Source of the DNA: Candidatus Latescibacterota bacterium
Lineage (GTDB): Bacteria > Latescibacterota > UBA2968 > UBA8231
NCBI GenBank assembly: GCA_963422735.1
Contig: OY730476.1
Coordinates: forward strand, 2,720,001-2,784,000
Reading direction: 5' to 3'
DNA length: 64,000 nucleotides
Part shown: piece by piece, positions 39,407-49,522 of the stretch
How the letters are laid out: every line of letters starts with the position of its first letter
How positions within the stretch are numbered: the first letter of the stretch is position 1
The notes under the pieces: model-generated
Seen by the model: the letters and a program-made list of their open reading frames with translations, nothing else
The model's database searches: none
What the model was told of the DNA's origin: nothing
Made by a program: the position numbers and the translations under genes

Positions 39407-39629
39407 ATCTTTTGAAGAATCCCTAGCCGTGCTCGAAGAGAGCGTCCAGCGCCTCGAAGGAGGCGACCTCAAGCTCGAAGAGGCCCTCAAAGTATTTGAA
39501 AAAGGCGTCGCCGCCTCGCGCGCCTGCGGCCAGTGGCTCGACCAAACCCGCGAGCGCGTCCAAGTCCTCACCGCCGATGCCGAGGGCCAGTTCCGCCTCT
39601 CCTTTCTGGACGACGAAGACGACCAATAG
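39399..39629 (+). CDS. xseB: Exodeoxyribonuclease VII small subunit
   Basis: SFEE.L..LEE.V..LE.GDL.LEEAL..FE.G. Confidence 0.93.
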   Translation: MSESFEESLAVLEESVQRLEGGDLKLEEALKVFEKGVAASRACGQWLDQTRERVQVLTADAEGQFRLSFLDDEDDQ

Positions 39630-39649
39630 CCATCCTTGGCATCGGCCCG

Positions 39650-41338
39650 ATGTTGACTCGCCTCTACATCAAGGACTTTGCCCTCATCGAAGAAGCGGTG
39701 ATCGAATTCGGTCCCGGCCTCAACGTCGTCACCGGCGAGACTGGGGCCGGCAAGTCCATCCTCATCGGTGCCCTCAACTCCATCCTCGGCGGCTCCGTCA
39801 ACGCCGAGTTAGTGCGCAAAGGAGCTAGCTCGTGCGCGGTAGAGGGCTTTTTTGAACTCGAAGACGAAGACCAAGTCGCGCGCTTGGCCGATCTAGGCGT
39901 TTCCTTAGGGGACAGCCAACTCATCCTCCGGCGCGAGATCCGCGACCAAGGCCGCTCGCGAGCCTTTGTCAACGGCCAAGGTCAGCCAATCAAGCAACTA
40001 AAGCAAATCGGCGCGATCTTGGTTGACCTGCACGGCCAACACGAACACCAATCGCTGCTGGACCCCAAGCTCCACGCTCGCTTTCTCGACGCGTTTGCCG
40101 GCCTCGACGACCAGCGCCGCCTCATGGGACAGCAGTGGCGCACTTACCGCGATAATGCAGCCCGTCTAGACCGACTGCGCGCAGAGTGCGACGCGCTCGC
40201 AGCCGAAGACTCGCTGCGCGCCTTCCAGTTAGAAGAGATCCGCCGCCTCGCACCCCGACCGGGCGAAGAACCCGAGTTAGAGCGCGAATTGCAAATCCTC
40301 GAAAACGCCGAGACCCTATCCGAGGGCGGCCTCCAGATCTACGACCTACTCTATCAGCGCGAAGGCGCGGTTTGCGAAGCACTCGGCCAAGTTCGTCGTC
40401 AACTCGACCGACTCCGCGAAATCGACCCTGCACTTGGTTCCCAAGCTGCGGCCTTAGAGGAATTGATCTACGAGGTCGAAGACCTAGCCGGCCAACTCCG
40501 CGACTACGTCCACAGAATCGAGGTGCGTCCCGGGCGGGCCGATGAACTGCGCGAGCGCCTCGACGGCCTGCGCGCCCTAAAAAAGAAATACGGCGGCACT
40601 CTCGATGCCGTCTTAGACTGCGCCCGCGAGCTTTCGGCGCGAGAAGACCGCGCTGACCGCCTCCGCGACGAGCTGGCCCAAGCGGTTAAACACCGCGACC
40701 AAGCACTCGCCGAGTTTGCCACCTATTGCTTAGCTCTTTCTGCAGCTCGCCAGCAGGCCAGCGCCACCTTGTCTCAATCGCTAGTCGCCGCCCTTGGGGA
40801 GTTGGGCATGGCCAAGGCCCAGTTCCACATCGAGTTGGCAACCACCGAAGATTCGGAGGGGACGGTTGAGCGCGACGGGTGTCGCTATGCGGCTGGCGAG
40901 CACGGCATGGAACACGTCGCCTTCCACATTTCCGCCAATGCCGGCGAACCACCGCGACCCCTAGTGCGCATTGCCTCGGGCGGAGAAATTTCGCGCGTGA
41001 TGCTGGCCCTCAAGGAAGTTGTCGCCGGGCGCGACCTCGTTTCGACCTTGGTCTTCGACGAAATCGACGCTGGCATCTCAGGGCGCATCGCCGCGGCCGT
41101 CGGCCGCAAACTACAGGCCCTCGCCGCAGCTCACCAAACCATCGTCATCACCCACCTGCCGCAGATTGCCAGCCTCGCCGACCAGCACTTTTCGGTGCGC
41201 AAGCAGCAAGAGCAGCGGGCCACCACCGAGGTCGTGCTACTCGACGCAACGGCCCGCGCCGAAGAAATTGCCTATCTGTTGGCCGGCGAGACCATTTCGG
41301 ATACAGCGCGCCAACACGCCCGCGAAATGCTGCAATAG
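39650..41338 (+). CDS. recN: DNA repair protein RecN
   Basis: TGETGAGKS, HGQHEH, ASGGEISR.MLA, FDEIDAG, ITHLPQ. Confidence 0.97.
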   Translation: MLTRLYIKDFALIEEAVIEFGPGLNVVTGETGAGKSILIGALNSILGGSVNAELVRKGASSCAVEGFFELEDEDQVARLADLGVSLGDSQLILRREIRDQGRSRAFVNGQGQPIKQLKQIGAILVDLHGQHEHQSLLDPKLHARFLDAFAGLDDQRRLMGQQWRTYRDNAARLDRLRAECDALAAEDSLRAFQLEEIRRLAPRPGEEPELERELQILENAETLSEGGLQIYDLLYQREGAVCEALGQVRRQLDRLREIDPALGSQAAALEELIYEVEDLAGQLRDYVHRIEVRPGRADELRERLDGLRALKKKYGGTLDAVLDCARELSAREDRADRLRDELAQAVKHRDQALAEFATYCLALSAARQQASATLSQSLVAALGELGMAKAQFHIELATTEDSEGTVERDGCRYAAGEHGMEHVAFHISANAGEPPRPLVRIASGGEISRVMLALKEVVAGRDLVSTLVFDEIDAGISGRIAAAVGRKLQALAAAHQTIVITHLPQIASLADQHFSVRKQQEQRATTEVVLLDATARAEEIAYLLAGETISDTARQHAREMLQ

Positions 41339-41345
41339 CCCGGCA

Positions 41346-41870
41346 ATGTTGGCCAATTTCCTCAGCATCCTGCGGGTTCTACTCATCCCCTTCCTGCTCC
41401 ACTTCATTGCCCAAGAGCCGCCAGCCCAACTCCAAGCCGTGCTCCTGCTGCTCATTGCCGGTGCCACGGATATCGGCGATGGCTGGGTGGCACGGCGCTA
41501 CAACCAAGTCTCCCGCCTCGGCAAGATACTCGACCCGCTGGCCGATAAAATTTTCCTCGCCTGCCTGCTCGGCGGGCTAGTCCTCTGGGGCGATTTGCCG
41601 CTGTGGCTCTTGGGGATGCTCTTTGTCCGCGACTTGGGAATCGTACTGGTGGGGGGGCTGCTCTTGCGTTCACGGGGGCTAGTCATTGCCGCCAATTGCT
41701 GGGGCAAATACACGACCCTCTGCATGGCACTTACGGCCCTCAGTTACGTCCTTGAGGCCCCGGCCAGCTTGCGCACGGGGTTAGGCCTAGCAGCAGCGGC
41801 CTTGGTCGTCGTCTCCAGCTCGAGCTACGCGCAGCTAGCACTCAGGCTCTCGCAACGAGATCGAACTTAA
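41346..41870 (+). CDS. pgsA: CDP-alcohol phosphatidyltransferase (PgsA-like)
   Basis: TD..DG..AR......LG..LDPLADK motif. Confidence 0.85.
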   Translation: MLANFLSILRVLLIPFLLHFIAQEPPAQLQAVLLLLIAGATDIGDGWVARRYNQVSRLGKILDPLADKIFLACLLGGLVLWGDLPLWLLGMLFVRDLGIVLVGGLLLRSRGLVIAANCWGKYTTLCMALTALSYVLEAPASLRTGLGLAAAALVVVSSSSYAQLALRLSQRDRT

Positions 41871-41876
41871 ATTAGA

Positions 41877-42026
41877 TCAGTTGGGCTGGATCAAGCGATA
41901 CCAGCGCAAATGGGCTTCGTCGAGGCGGCGGCGGTGAGCGTATAGGCCGATCATTTCCACTACCTTGAGCCGCAAGGCTAGCTTGTGCAGATCAACTTTG
42001 CCCACCTGACGCTTTCTGCGTTTCAC
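41877..42026 (-). CDS. 49-aa basic small protein
   Basis: GTG start overlaps the TGA of the upstream gene (GTGA); MKRRKRQVGKVDLHKLALRLKVVEMIGLYAHRRRLDEAHLRWYRLIQPN. Confidence 0.5.
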   Translation of the reverse strand: MKRRKRQVGKVDLHKLALRLKVVEMIGLYAHRRRLDEAHLRWYRLIQPN

Positions 42027-45000
42027 AGCCCGAACCCAAAGTAGTAGCGCCACTTGTCGATTAGGGGATCGTCCTCGTCTCTGGAAACCCGCTTGCGATT
42101 GAGTGGATGCGCCACTTGGAAATAGGCGAACATGGGGATGCGGTAGAAGGTAAAAAGCTGTAGCCGCAACTCGCCGCCCACGTCGGTCAGGAATTTGTCG
42201 GTGTTGGGCCGAGACCGCCATCGCTTCCCTTTCCAGAAGTCAATGTCCTCAAAGCGCGAGAAGTTGCCCACCACTCCGGCTTCGGCGAATAGCTCGGCGT
42301 AGAGTTTGGAAAAGTTGAAGTTGATAAAGCGGCTGCTAATGCGCTTGAAAATCGGAAACCCGTAGCCGATGCGAGCGTAGAGCAGCTTGGTGCCAGAGTC
42401 GGTGAAATAGGGGTAGCCGCTGAGAAAGTTGCGCCCGCCGATATAGTAGCGCAGAGGCCAGTAGAAGCGGCCTTCAAATAAACCGCCTCCCTCGATATAG
42501 CGAGGCTTGAGCCGGATGTTTTTGTACGCGCCAATTAGATCGATGTTGAGCGAATTGTCGAACGGCAACCCGATCCGCTCGTTGTATGCAGCTACGTATT
42601 CATTGACTCGCAGGCGGCGCTCGACGTCAACGAACTGGTCGCGGGGAACTCCATCGGTAGGGGTTTGCTCGGCCAGTGAATCGGCCACAGTCGGCATCAG
42701 ATAGCGATAGACCAAGGCCAAAGCGCGGCCCGATGGACTGATCAAGCGGTCGGCCGTGGGGTTGATCTTCTGGTAGCGCCAAGACGCGCTCAAAAGGTGC
42801 GTGCGAAAAAAGCTGAGGTCTCCGTAGAATTTCAGCGGATCCTCGCTGTCAACCAACAGGGTGTCTTGGCCCAAAAGTGCCGGGTCTAAGATAGCCGACA
42901 CGTCATACATGGTAGAGTCTGGGGCCAAATATTTCTGCTGCCCCAAATAGATCTGGCTCTGGCTGCGGAAGCGGCGCAAGGTCCAACCCTCAGTGTAGTT
43001 GCGCCATATGTAGAGGGCGTTCAACTCGGAGCGCCGAGTCAGTGGCACATCGACGCCCACGGCGAGTTGCCCCAAGGCAGTCTTGAACAGATCTTGGCGA
43101 CTAGTGGCCTGATAGACATGTTGCTGGACGGCCGGGATGAGCAAGCTGGTGACCGAATCGACCGGGACCGGATAGATATTACCCACATCGAGCGTATCGA
43201 TCGCGATCTGGCTGTCCTTGATCAGGTTGTCGATCTCACGCCGCCGGCCCGCTACAAAAAATGAGGGATTGAAGGTCCGGTTGTTGCCCACCTGTGGCCG
43301 GAGTCGGCGCTCGTAGTAAAAGCCGGCATCCGTATTGAGATCGGTGGCGTCGCGCATGTTCTTGCCGACGATGCCCCAAGCCGTCAGCTCTTGGCCGCCA
43401 AACATGTCCCCGGTGGTAAACTGCAAGCCGCCGCTGGCTTGATTGAGGCCAAAAGTGTTGCCGACAAACGTGGGACCGACCTGTAGAATCGGGATGTAGC
43501 GCAAGACATTGCGCCCCCTGTATGACGCGACCTCGAACTGATCGGCGAGCTTGGGGCCGTCGAAGATGGAGCGATAGTCGCGCATAGCCACCGGCTCGAA
43601 GTGTGCATCGCGCTCGAATTGGCCCATCTCGAAGCGATAGAGACTATAGTCGTTGGAGTGGTAGGCACTGTACACCACGCTCTCGTCGGCGGCTACGGTC
43701 GGTACAAAGGCCCCGCCGATGACGTTGGTTAGCTGCTCGACTTCGTCGTTTTCCAAGCGGTAGCGGTAGATGTTGAAAATGCCGCTCTGGTCCGACGAAA
43801 ACACAAAACCCGAACCATCGGGCAGCCAGCACGGATCGCGCTCGTCGGCCGGCGAGGCAACGACCGCGCGGAACCCCGACGAATCAGGATGGGCGAAGGC
43901 AACGGTATCGGGAAAGACATCGATGGTTTCCTCGTCGTCTTCCTCGTCGTCGCTCTTCTTTTTGGCCTTCTCGAAGGTCTTTGGCCGCGGTGGGCTATCG
44001 GCGCGAATCATCGCAATATCGCGGTCCTCGCCGCGGAACACGCTGAAGAGCAGCCACTCGCCATCGGGCGAGAAGCGCGGCGCACTGTATTGGGTGGCGT
44101 TGTTGTTGTTCGTCAGATAGACCAAGTCCGTGCCGTCGCGATCTATGAGGCCGAGGTTGTTGGTCCCGTCCTCATTGTGTACGAAGGCGATGCGCTGGCC
44201 ATCGGGGGAGAACGAGGGGTCTTTGGCGCGCAGCCTGGCGCTGATGCGGCGCTCCTTGTCCGCGGCCAAATTGTAGATGTAGAGATCGTTAAAGCCGCCC
44301 TTATTGCGGGTAAAGACGATCTCCTTCCCGTCGGGCGACCAGCCAATCCGCGTATCTATCCAGCCTTTGAGCTTGGTCTTTTTTTGCGTCTCGAAATCGT
44401 AGATCTTGAGGGCCGTGATCGCAAAGTCCTGCTTCTCACTGGTGAGGTACGCCAGTTTTTTGCCGTCCGGCGACAGCGCAGGATGATATTCGAGCACGCC
44501 CTCGTTGACCTCGTCCAACGGCACACCTTCAAAGAAGCCCTGCCCGCGGATCTCGGATTCGAGGCGGCCGTAGTTCTCGGCCAAGAAGGCGACCCAATCC
44601 GCGTAAAACTGGTCGGAGGAAATGCCCAACACCCGGCGAATGGCCGGGTCGAAGCTCATCGAGCCGACCTGATGCGTCAGCTCATCTACCTTCTCAGCAC
44701 CGTACTGCTGATGGATATACACCATCATTGCGTAGCCCTGATTGTACACGAATTCGCCGTAGAACTTGCCCGTGCGGTCCCAGACCGTTCCCATCTCCCC
44801 CCACGAGAGCAGATCGTCTTCCAGCACTGCCATCCGCAGCAACATGTCGCGGTGCGAATCCCAGGAGTCGTAGCCAAATTTGTGCGCCCCGTACTGGGCG
44901 ATGCCCTCAGTCCAACCACGCGGGGTGTTGAGATGGTACAGCGGGAACTGAAACGCAATGTCCGGATTAGAGTCAAAGCGCGAGACCGAGAGTAGCGCGA

Positions 45001-45403
45001 ACTGGAAGGGCCATTTCTTGCGCGCCTTGTTGAGCGTAATGATGTGCGTCAACTCGTGCGAGACCACGTTTTTGATCCAATCGTGACTACCGCGCAGCTC
45101 AAAGTCGAGGCTAGTAGCCCAAATGGCCATGGTATTGCTGTAGTAGTTGGCCCAGCCGTTGCCTAGGATGTCGGAGTTGTCGAGGACGATGACGTGGATG
45201 GTGCGAAAATCATCGTAGTAGTCATAGGCCGCCGCCAAGGTAGGGAAGACCTCCTCGCAGGTTTCGGCCACTCGGCGCGCGGTGCCCTCGGCCCCAAGCG
45301 TGAAATGGACCCGGAAGTGATCCGTGACGATGGTTTGTGTCTGGGCTTGGGCCGCTCCGGCGAGGAACAGCGCGGCAATGGCAAAAAAAATCGCTCGGCG
45401 CAA
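42023..45403 (-). CDS. Large outer-membrane protein: zincin (HExxH) domain + TolB-like PD40 beta-propeller + Omp85-like barrel
   Basis: Signal peptide (TTG start 45403), VSHELTH...WTEGIAQY, repeated P.FSPDG, C-terminal YYFGFGL. Confidence 0.75.
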   Translation of the reverse strand: MRRAIFFAIAALFLAGAAQAQTQTIVTDHFRVHFTLGAEGTARRVAETCEEVFPTLAAAYDYYDDFRTIHVIVLDNSDILGNGWANYYSNTMAIWATSLDFELRGSHDWIKNVVSHELTHIITLNKARKKWPFQFALLSVSRFDSNPDIAFQFPLYHLNTPRGWTEGIAQYGAHKFGYDSWDSHRDMLLRMAVLEDDLLSWGEMGTVWDRTGKFYGEFVYNQGYAMMVYIHQQYGAEKVDELTHQVGSMSFDPAIRRVLGISSDQFYADWVAFLAENYGRLESEIRGQGFFEGVPLDEVNEGVLEYHPALSPDGKKLAYLTSEKQDFAITALKIYDFETQKKTKLKGWIDTRIGWSPDGKEIVFTRNKGGFNDLYIYNLAADKERRISARLRAKDPSFSPDGQRIAFVHNEDGTNNLGLIDRDGTDLVYLTNNNNATQYSAPRFSPDGEWLLFSVFRGEDRDIAMIRADSPPRPKTFEKAKKKSDDEEDDEETIDVFPDTVAFAHPDSSGFRAVVASPADERDPCWLPDGSGFVFSSDQSGIFNIYRYRLENDEVEQLTNVIGGAFVPTVAADESVVYSAYHSNDYSLYRFEMGQFERDAHFEPVAMRDYRSIFDGPKLADQFEVASYRGRNVLRYIPILQVGPTFVGNTFGLNQASGGLQFTTGDMFGGQELTAWGIVGKNMRDATDLNTDAGFYYERRLRPQVGNNRTFNPSFFVAGRRREIDNLIKDSQIAIDTLDVGNIYPVPVDSVTSLLIPAVQQHVYQATSRQDLFKTALGQLAVGVDVPLTRRSELNALYIWRNYTEGWTLRRFRSQSQIYLGQQKYLAPDSTMYDVSAILDPALLGQDTLLVDSEDPLKFYGDLSFFRTHLLSASWRYQKINPTADRLISPSGRALALVYRYLMPTVADSLAEQTPTDGVPRDQFVDVERRLRVNEYVAAYNERIGLPFDNSLNIDLIGAYKNIRLKPRYIEGGGLFEGRFYWPLRYYIGGRNFLSGYPYFTDSGTKLLYARIGYGFPIFKRISSRFINFNFSKLYAELFAEAGVVGNFSRFEDIDFWKGKRWRSRPNTDKFLTDVGGELRLQLFTFYRIPMFAYFQVAHPLNRKRVSRDEDDPLIDKWRYYFGFGL

Positions 45404-45550
45404 CGTGTATCCCTTTCGCAAAAAGGCGACCAGCAGCCAATTGCCGGTCGCTCCACAAGTTGTTGGGAAAATACTGGAGACCATACTCCCCGTCAAACGC
45501 CAGGGGGCCGCTTTCACGCGGCTGCGCCGTTGCTTATTATGTCTTGCGCC

Positions 45551-46222
45551 ATGCACTACACCATCCATCGCACCGACGACCTCGACCTTCCCGACGCCGA
45601 TTGGGAGCGTTCCCAATGGCAGGCAGCCGAGACCCTAGAGATTACCCACTTTTCCTGGGAGGATTCCAGCCATCGTCCCCGTACTCAGGCGCGCGTACTC
45701 TACGACAAGCGGGCACTATCCATTATCTTCCGCGTCGAGGATCGCTACGTCCGCGCCGTGGCCGAGTGCTTCCAAGATTCGGTCTGCGCCGATTCCTGCG
45801 TCGAGTTTTTCGTCGCGCCCCTGCTCGATTCACAAGCCTACTTCAATTTCGAGGTCAACTGCGGCGGCACCATGCTCCTGCACCGCTGCCCTTCAGCCGC
45901 AGAGCGCACCCAAGGCCGAGCGACCGAAAACGTCAGCGACGCCGACGGTACCACCATCCGCATTGCCACAACGCTTCCCCGGATCGTCGAGCCAGAGCGC
46001 ACCACCCCCACGACTTGGACGCTCGAGTACCGCGTCCCCTTCGCCCTCTTCGCCCAGTACTTCGGTGCCCAGACGCCAGCACCCGGCACTCAGTGGAAAG
46101 GCAACTTCTACAAGTGCGGCGACCGCACTTCCCACCCCCACTGGGGCACATGGGCACCGGTGGATACGCCCAAGCCCAGCTTTCACCAGCCAGACTTTTA
46201 TCAGCCGCTCGTCTTTGCCTAG
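45551..46222 (+). CDS. Carbohydrate-binding family 9-like (DOMON-like) protein
   Basis: DSCVEFF, YFNFEVN..G, W.GNFYKC.D.T..PHW..W.P, P.FH.P. Confidence 0.8.
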   Translation: MHYTIHRTDDLDLPDADWERSQWQAAETLEITHFSWEDSSHRPRTQARVLYDKRALSIIFRVEDRYVRAVAECFQDSVCADSCVEFFVAPLLDSQAYFNFEVNCGGTMLLHRCPSAAERTQGRATENVSDADGTTIRIATTLPRIVEPERTTPTTWTLEYRVPFALFAQYFGAQTPAPGTQWKGNFYKCGDRTSHPHWGTWAPVDTPKPSFHQPDFYQPLVFA

Positions 46223-46295
46223 CGCGACTCCGCGTACCGCCTGAGCGCCGACATCGGCTCTGCACGTGAACGGTGGTACCGCTATTCTGAAGTAC

Positions 46296-48119
46296 TCACC
46301 CAAAAAGAGGGGAACTGTAGGAAGGCGAGCGGACAAAGCGTTTCAGCCCAAGATGCAAGCGAGCCTGAGCCGCCGGTCCCAAATGCACCTGGAGATACGG
46401 GTCCTCTACCTCAATGGCCTGATCTTGGCCTTCGTTGTTTTCGAGTTGGGCGCAAGTGAATTGGTGCTCGCCGAAGGAGCCGGCCTGCAAGAGGACGGGG
46501 CGGCCTTCTACTGGGTCCGTGTTCACTAGCGTCAGGCTAACTCCGTCGGAGCTGACCCGATCCGCTAGGGCCGCGACGTACTTGGGCAGACCGGGCCGAC
46601 GGCGTTGCGGGTCGAAATAGCGCACATGGGCCTGGAGCATCCCGCCGTTGTAGATCGCCGCTGGCGTGCCCAAGGCCATCTGGATCAGGGCTTCGGGCAG
46701 CACGGGATTGAGCTTCTGAAAGTGGTAGCACTCACGCGTCTCGGGATCGCTGTCGTCGTTCTCTAGGCGATTTAGGCTGTGGCAGATGCTGGAGTAGGTC
46801 GAGTCGATCACCTGATCGACATAGCTTGGGTTTTTGCCTTCGATAAAGGCGAACCAAGCCGTCGGGGGACAGATGCCGGCTTTGGCAGCGCCCCAATCGA
46901 GAGGCAGACCGGCAAAAGCGGCGCGGTCGGGGAAAACTTCGTCGAGGCGGGCCAAATCTCGATCGCTTTGGCTCAAGTAGTATAAATGAATGTACAAATA
47001 GGGATCGGCCGGCCGAAAATCAAACCAGCCTTGGTCGCCGTGGCGGGCCGGTACCTTGACGAGGCCGTCCTCCTCGCACCGCTGTTCCCAGAGCATGTCG
47101 AGCTGCGAGCGGGCCAAGTCCAAATGGGAATCATCGCCGGTCATGAGCAGGGCGCAACTGCCGGCCACTAGGGCCGGCTCGACGATATTGCGCGCTCCGT
47201 GCGGCCAGCGCCAGCCGTAGTACCCACCCCACCACTTGCCATCCATCAGTTCGCCAATGGTTCCCCTTGGCCCAACATTGTCGGGCATAATGCCGCCGTT
47301 GGCCGCGCATCGCTCCTCCCACGCCCGCAAATAATCGAGCACCCAGGCTTTGTATTGATCGTCGCCGGTGTAGAGATAGGCGTTGGTGATCAGGCTGGTG
47401 GCACTCAGGTTGAGGGGTACATCGCCGCGGGTCATGCGCTGGTTGATCGAGTCGAGGACCCGAGCGAATACTTCGTCGTCCGTCCAATCAACCTTGAAGA
47501 GCGGGTCGGAGCTGTAGGCACCTAAAATATCCTCAAAAGGCGCTAGGTAGTGGGCTAGGATGGGCCGGTGGTAATCCCAATCGACTTGGGTGGTGACAAA
47601 GCGCGGGCCCTTGCTGCCGTTGAGCGGCGAGCGGATCATCTTGCGCTGGGCGTCCCAATTGGGCGCCAGCGGATCGGCCCCGGTGTACATGGCGGCGTAG
47701 CGCAGGGCGCGGGTGCAGTTGATGTGGTGCTCGGGATCGGCCAAGGCCAGATAGTAGATGTAGGTATAGCTCTCGGAGTGGTGGAACCAATCAAAGCCGG
47801 TGACAAACTCGCGCTCAACCGTGCCGTAGTTGGCGTACTGCCAAGTGATGGCGTCCCACTCTTTGCAGGCGATCTGGTAGATGTGCTCGCCGCCGCCTAG
47901 CAGGTAAAACAGGGGGAACGATAGGAAAGCCTCGTAGCCATTGTCCGTGCCGTCCATACTGGTCCACTCCGTGCGCTGGATCAGGGTGCCGTCCGGACGG
48001 GTACTGTGCTCGACAAAGGGGTGGGCGGCGCGGTCCATCAGAGCGATCAAGTCGCGTTGGCGCACGGCCCAATGGGGTGGGGTTTTGCGGGTCTTAGCTG
48101 CAATGGATGCGCGGGTCAT
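46296..48119 (-). CDS. Conserved hypothetical ~607-aa protein (host), possibly an alpha-helical carbohydrate-active enzyme
   Basis: Own ATG with GAGGA RBS at 48119; motifs DGTDNGYE, DWFHHSE, WWGGYYGWRWPHG, RRPGLP; host-like codon usage. Confidence 0.75.
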   Translation of the reverse strand: MTRASIAAKTRKTPPHWAVRQRDLIALMDRAAHPFVEHSTRPDGTLIQRTEWTSMDGTDNGYEAFLSFPLFYLLGGGEHIYQIACKEWDAITWQYANYGTVEREFVTGFDWFHHSESYTYIYYLALADPEHHINCTRALRYAAMYTGADPLAPNWDAQRKMIRSPLNGSKGPRFVTTQVDWDYHRPILAHYLAPFEDILGAYSSDPLFKVDWTDDEVFARVLDSINQRMTRGDVPLNLSATSLITNAYLYTGDDQYKAWVLDYLRAWEERCAANGGIMPDNVGPRGTIGELMDGKWWGGYYGWRWPHGARNIVEPALVAGSCALLMTGDDSHLDLARSQLDMLWEQRCEEDGLVKVPARHGDQGWFDFRPADPYLYIHLYYLSQSDRDLARLDEVFPDRAAFAGLPLDWGAAKAGICPPTAWFAFIEGKNPSYVDQVIDSTYSSICHSLNRLENDDSDPETRECYHFQKLNPVLPEALIQMALGTPAAIYNGGMLQAHVRYFDPQRRRPGLPKYVAALADRVSSDGVSLTLVNTDPVEGRPVLLQAGSFGEHQFTCAQLENNEGQDQAIEVEDPYLQVHLGPAAQARLHLGLKRFVRSPSYSSPLFG

Positions 48120-48299
48120 TTTGGGTTCCTCTACAAAAAGTGAAAAGCATCTTTCGTATTTCCGCTTTCTATTGGTCTGGCGGTTTTGCTCAGTTAGCTG
48201 CTCGGCGATGCCTTCCAATCGCCCGAAGCGACGGTCGTGGTCTTGGGCTTGGGGAAATGTTTGGGGTTGTTCGTAATTGATTGAATTATCCCCCCCCAA

Positions 48300-48980
48300 A
48301 CCATTTTGGGATATATTGATGGCGATGTGTACCCAAGAGACGCCTTTGAGTTGGTGGCTCTTGGTCCACTCTTGTTCGCCTTCTTCCAGCTCGGTCATCT
48401 GGAAAATGTGCCCTCTTCGAGTGCGATCGGACTCGGACATGGGCACATGGCGCGTCAGTTGCTGAAGGTCGTAGCCCTCGGCGCCGTCGGCTTTAAAGTT
48501 TAGGTAGGCGCGAATACCTCCAGCCCACGGCGAGTTGCCGTCTTTGTTGCTTACCGGTTCCCACCAGCCTTTTGATTGGTATTCGAGCTTGACGCGTTCG
48601 CCATCGACCCATATGTAGGTGTTGCCTTTGGGGTCTGGTGTCTTGAGCGATTCCTCACTCAAGACGATGGCCAAGTCGACGCGATACTTCCGCCTCGTAG
48701 CTTGAAAAGCGTAGACGATCTGGCCGCCCACTCTCACCCCCTTACCTATCACCCATTGCCTTTCAACTGAGGCGGCCATCTCGGCCTGAACCGGGACGGG
48801 CCGCCCTTGCGTAGTAGCCCTCTTCGGCGGCGTAGAGAGTGCGCTGAGGACACCCAAACCGAAGGTCATGAGGGCTCCAGCCGGCGTTACCGCCCCAGCC
48901 GCGTAGGCCGCACCTAACAGGCCCCCCTGCAGGCCCAGCCCGCGAGCTTCGTCTCCGGTGATGTTGTCTAAGGGTACCAT
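48300..48980 (-). pseudogene. Truncated tail tip attachment (gpJ-like) protein, N-terminal ~225 aa
   Basis: Gly/Ala-rich N-terminus, IG..RVGG.IV, LSEE, IWVDG, HQLKGVSW motifs typical of J-like N-termini; then runs into non-phage sequence. Confidence 0.65.
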
Positions 48981-48983
48981 GCT

Positions 48984-49487
48984 CTATTTAGGGGGATAAT
49001 ATATTCCCATACCTTTATATCCACCTGTTGCTAGTTGCGCCGCATACTGCCAGCCCATGTCCTCATGGTGTCGCTTGAGCTGAGCCTGGTGGTCCCAGCG
49101 TTCTGCCGACGTGTTTTCATGGAGCCACCAGATCAAATGCTTGAGCTCGCCAACCGTAACCCCATTCTGCTGCACGAGGCGCGAGACCATGCCGGCGTAT
49201 AACCATCGTCGGTTCCAGCCGTTCCCAGTGTCTTCCAGCATCTGTATGCGCCCTATGGCAGCACCCGGATTTTGCGATCGGGGCACAGCTATCTCGAATG
49301 GGATGGCCGTCGGGATGCGAAGACCCGAGTTCAGTCGCATCTTGCCGATCATTATGAGCTTCTTGGCTGTGTAGGTGAAGCCACCGTAGATCAGGTCGTG
49401 CTCGCCGGTCCACGCTCGCCAGACGCCGGCCTGACCGGATACGATAGAGCGGGATGCGCTGCCTAGCTCAATGGTGTATGCCTGCAT
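48984..49487 (-). CDS. Minor tail (tip/hub, gpL-like position) protein
   Basis: R.WTG..DL..GG.TY and RW....Q......D.G..Y patterns; position between the distal tail and J-like genes. Confidence 0.6.
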   Translation of the reverse strand: MQAYTIELGSASRSIVSGQAGVWRAWTGEHDLIYGGFTYTAKKLIMIGKMRLNSGLRIPTAIPFEIAVPRSQNPGAAIGRIQMLEDTGNGWNRRWLYAGMVSRLVQQNGVTVGELKHLIWWLHENTSAERWDHQAQLKRHHEDMGWQYAAQLATGGYKGMGIYYPPK

Positions 49488-49522
49488 CTAAGATTTGTTC
49501 GACGATAAAGTTTTATCACACA

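Noticed and set aside
46296-48980. Annotating the 894-aa ORF as a single ordinary gene
   Set aside because: Internal RBS and ATG at 48119 and abrupt changes in sequence character show a phage/host chimera.
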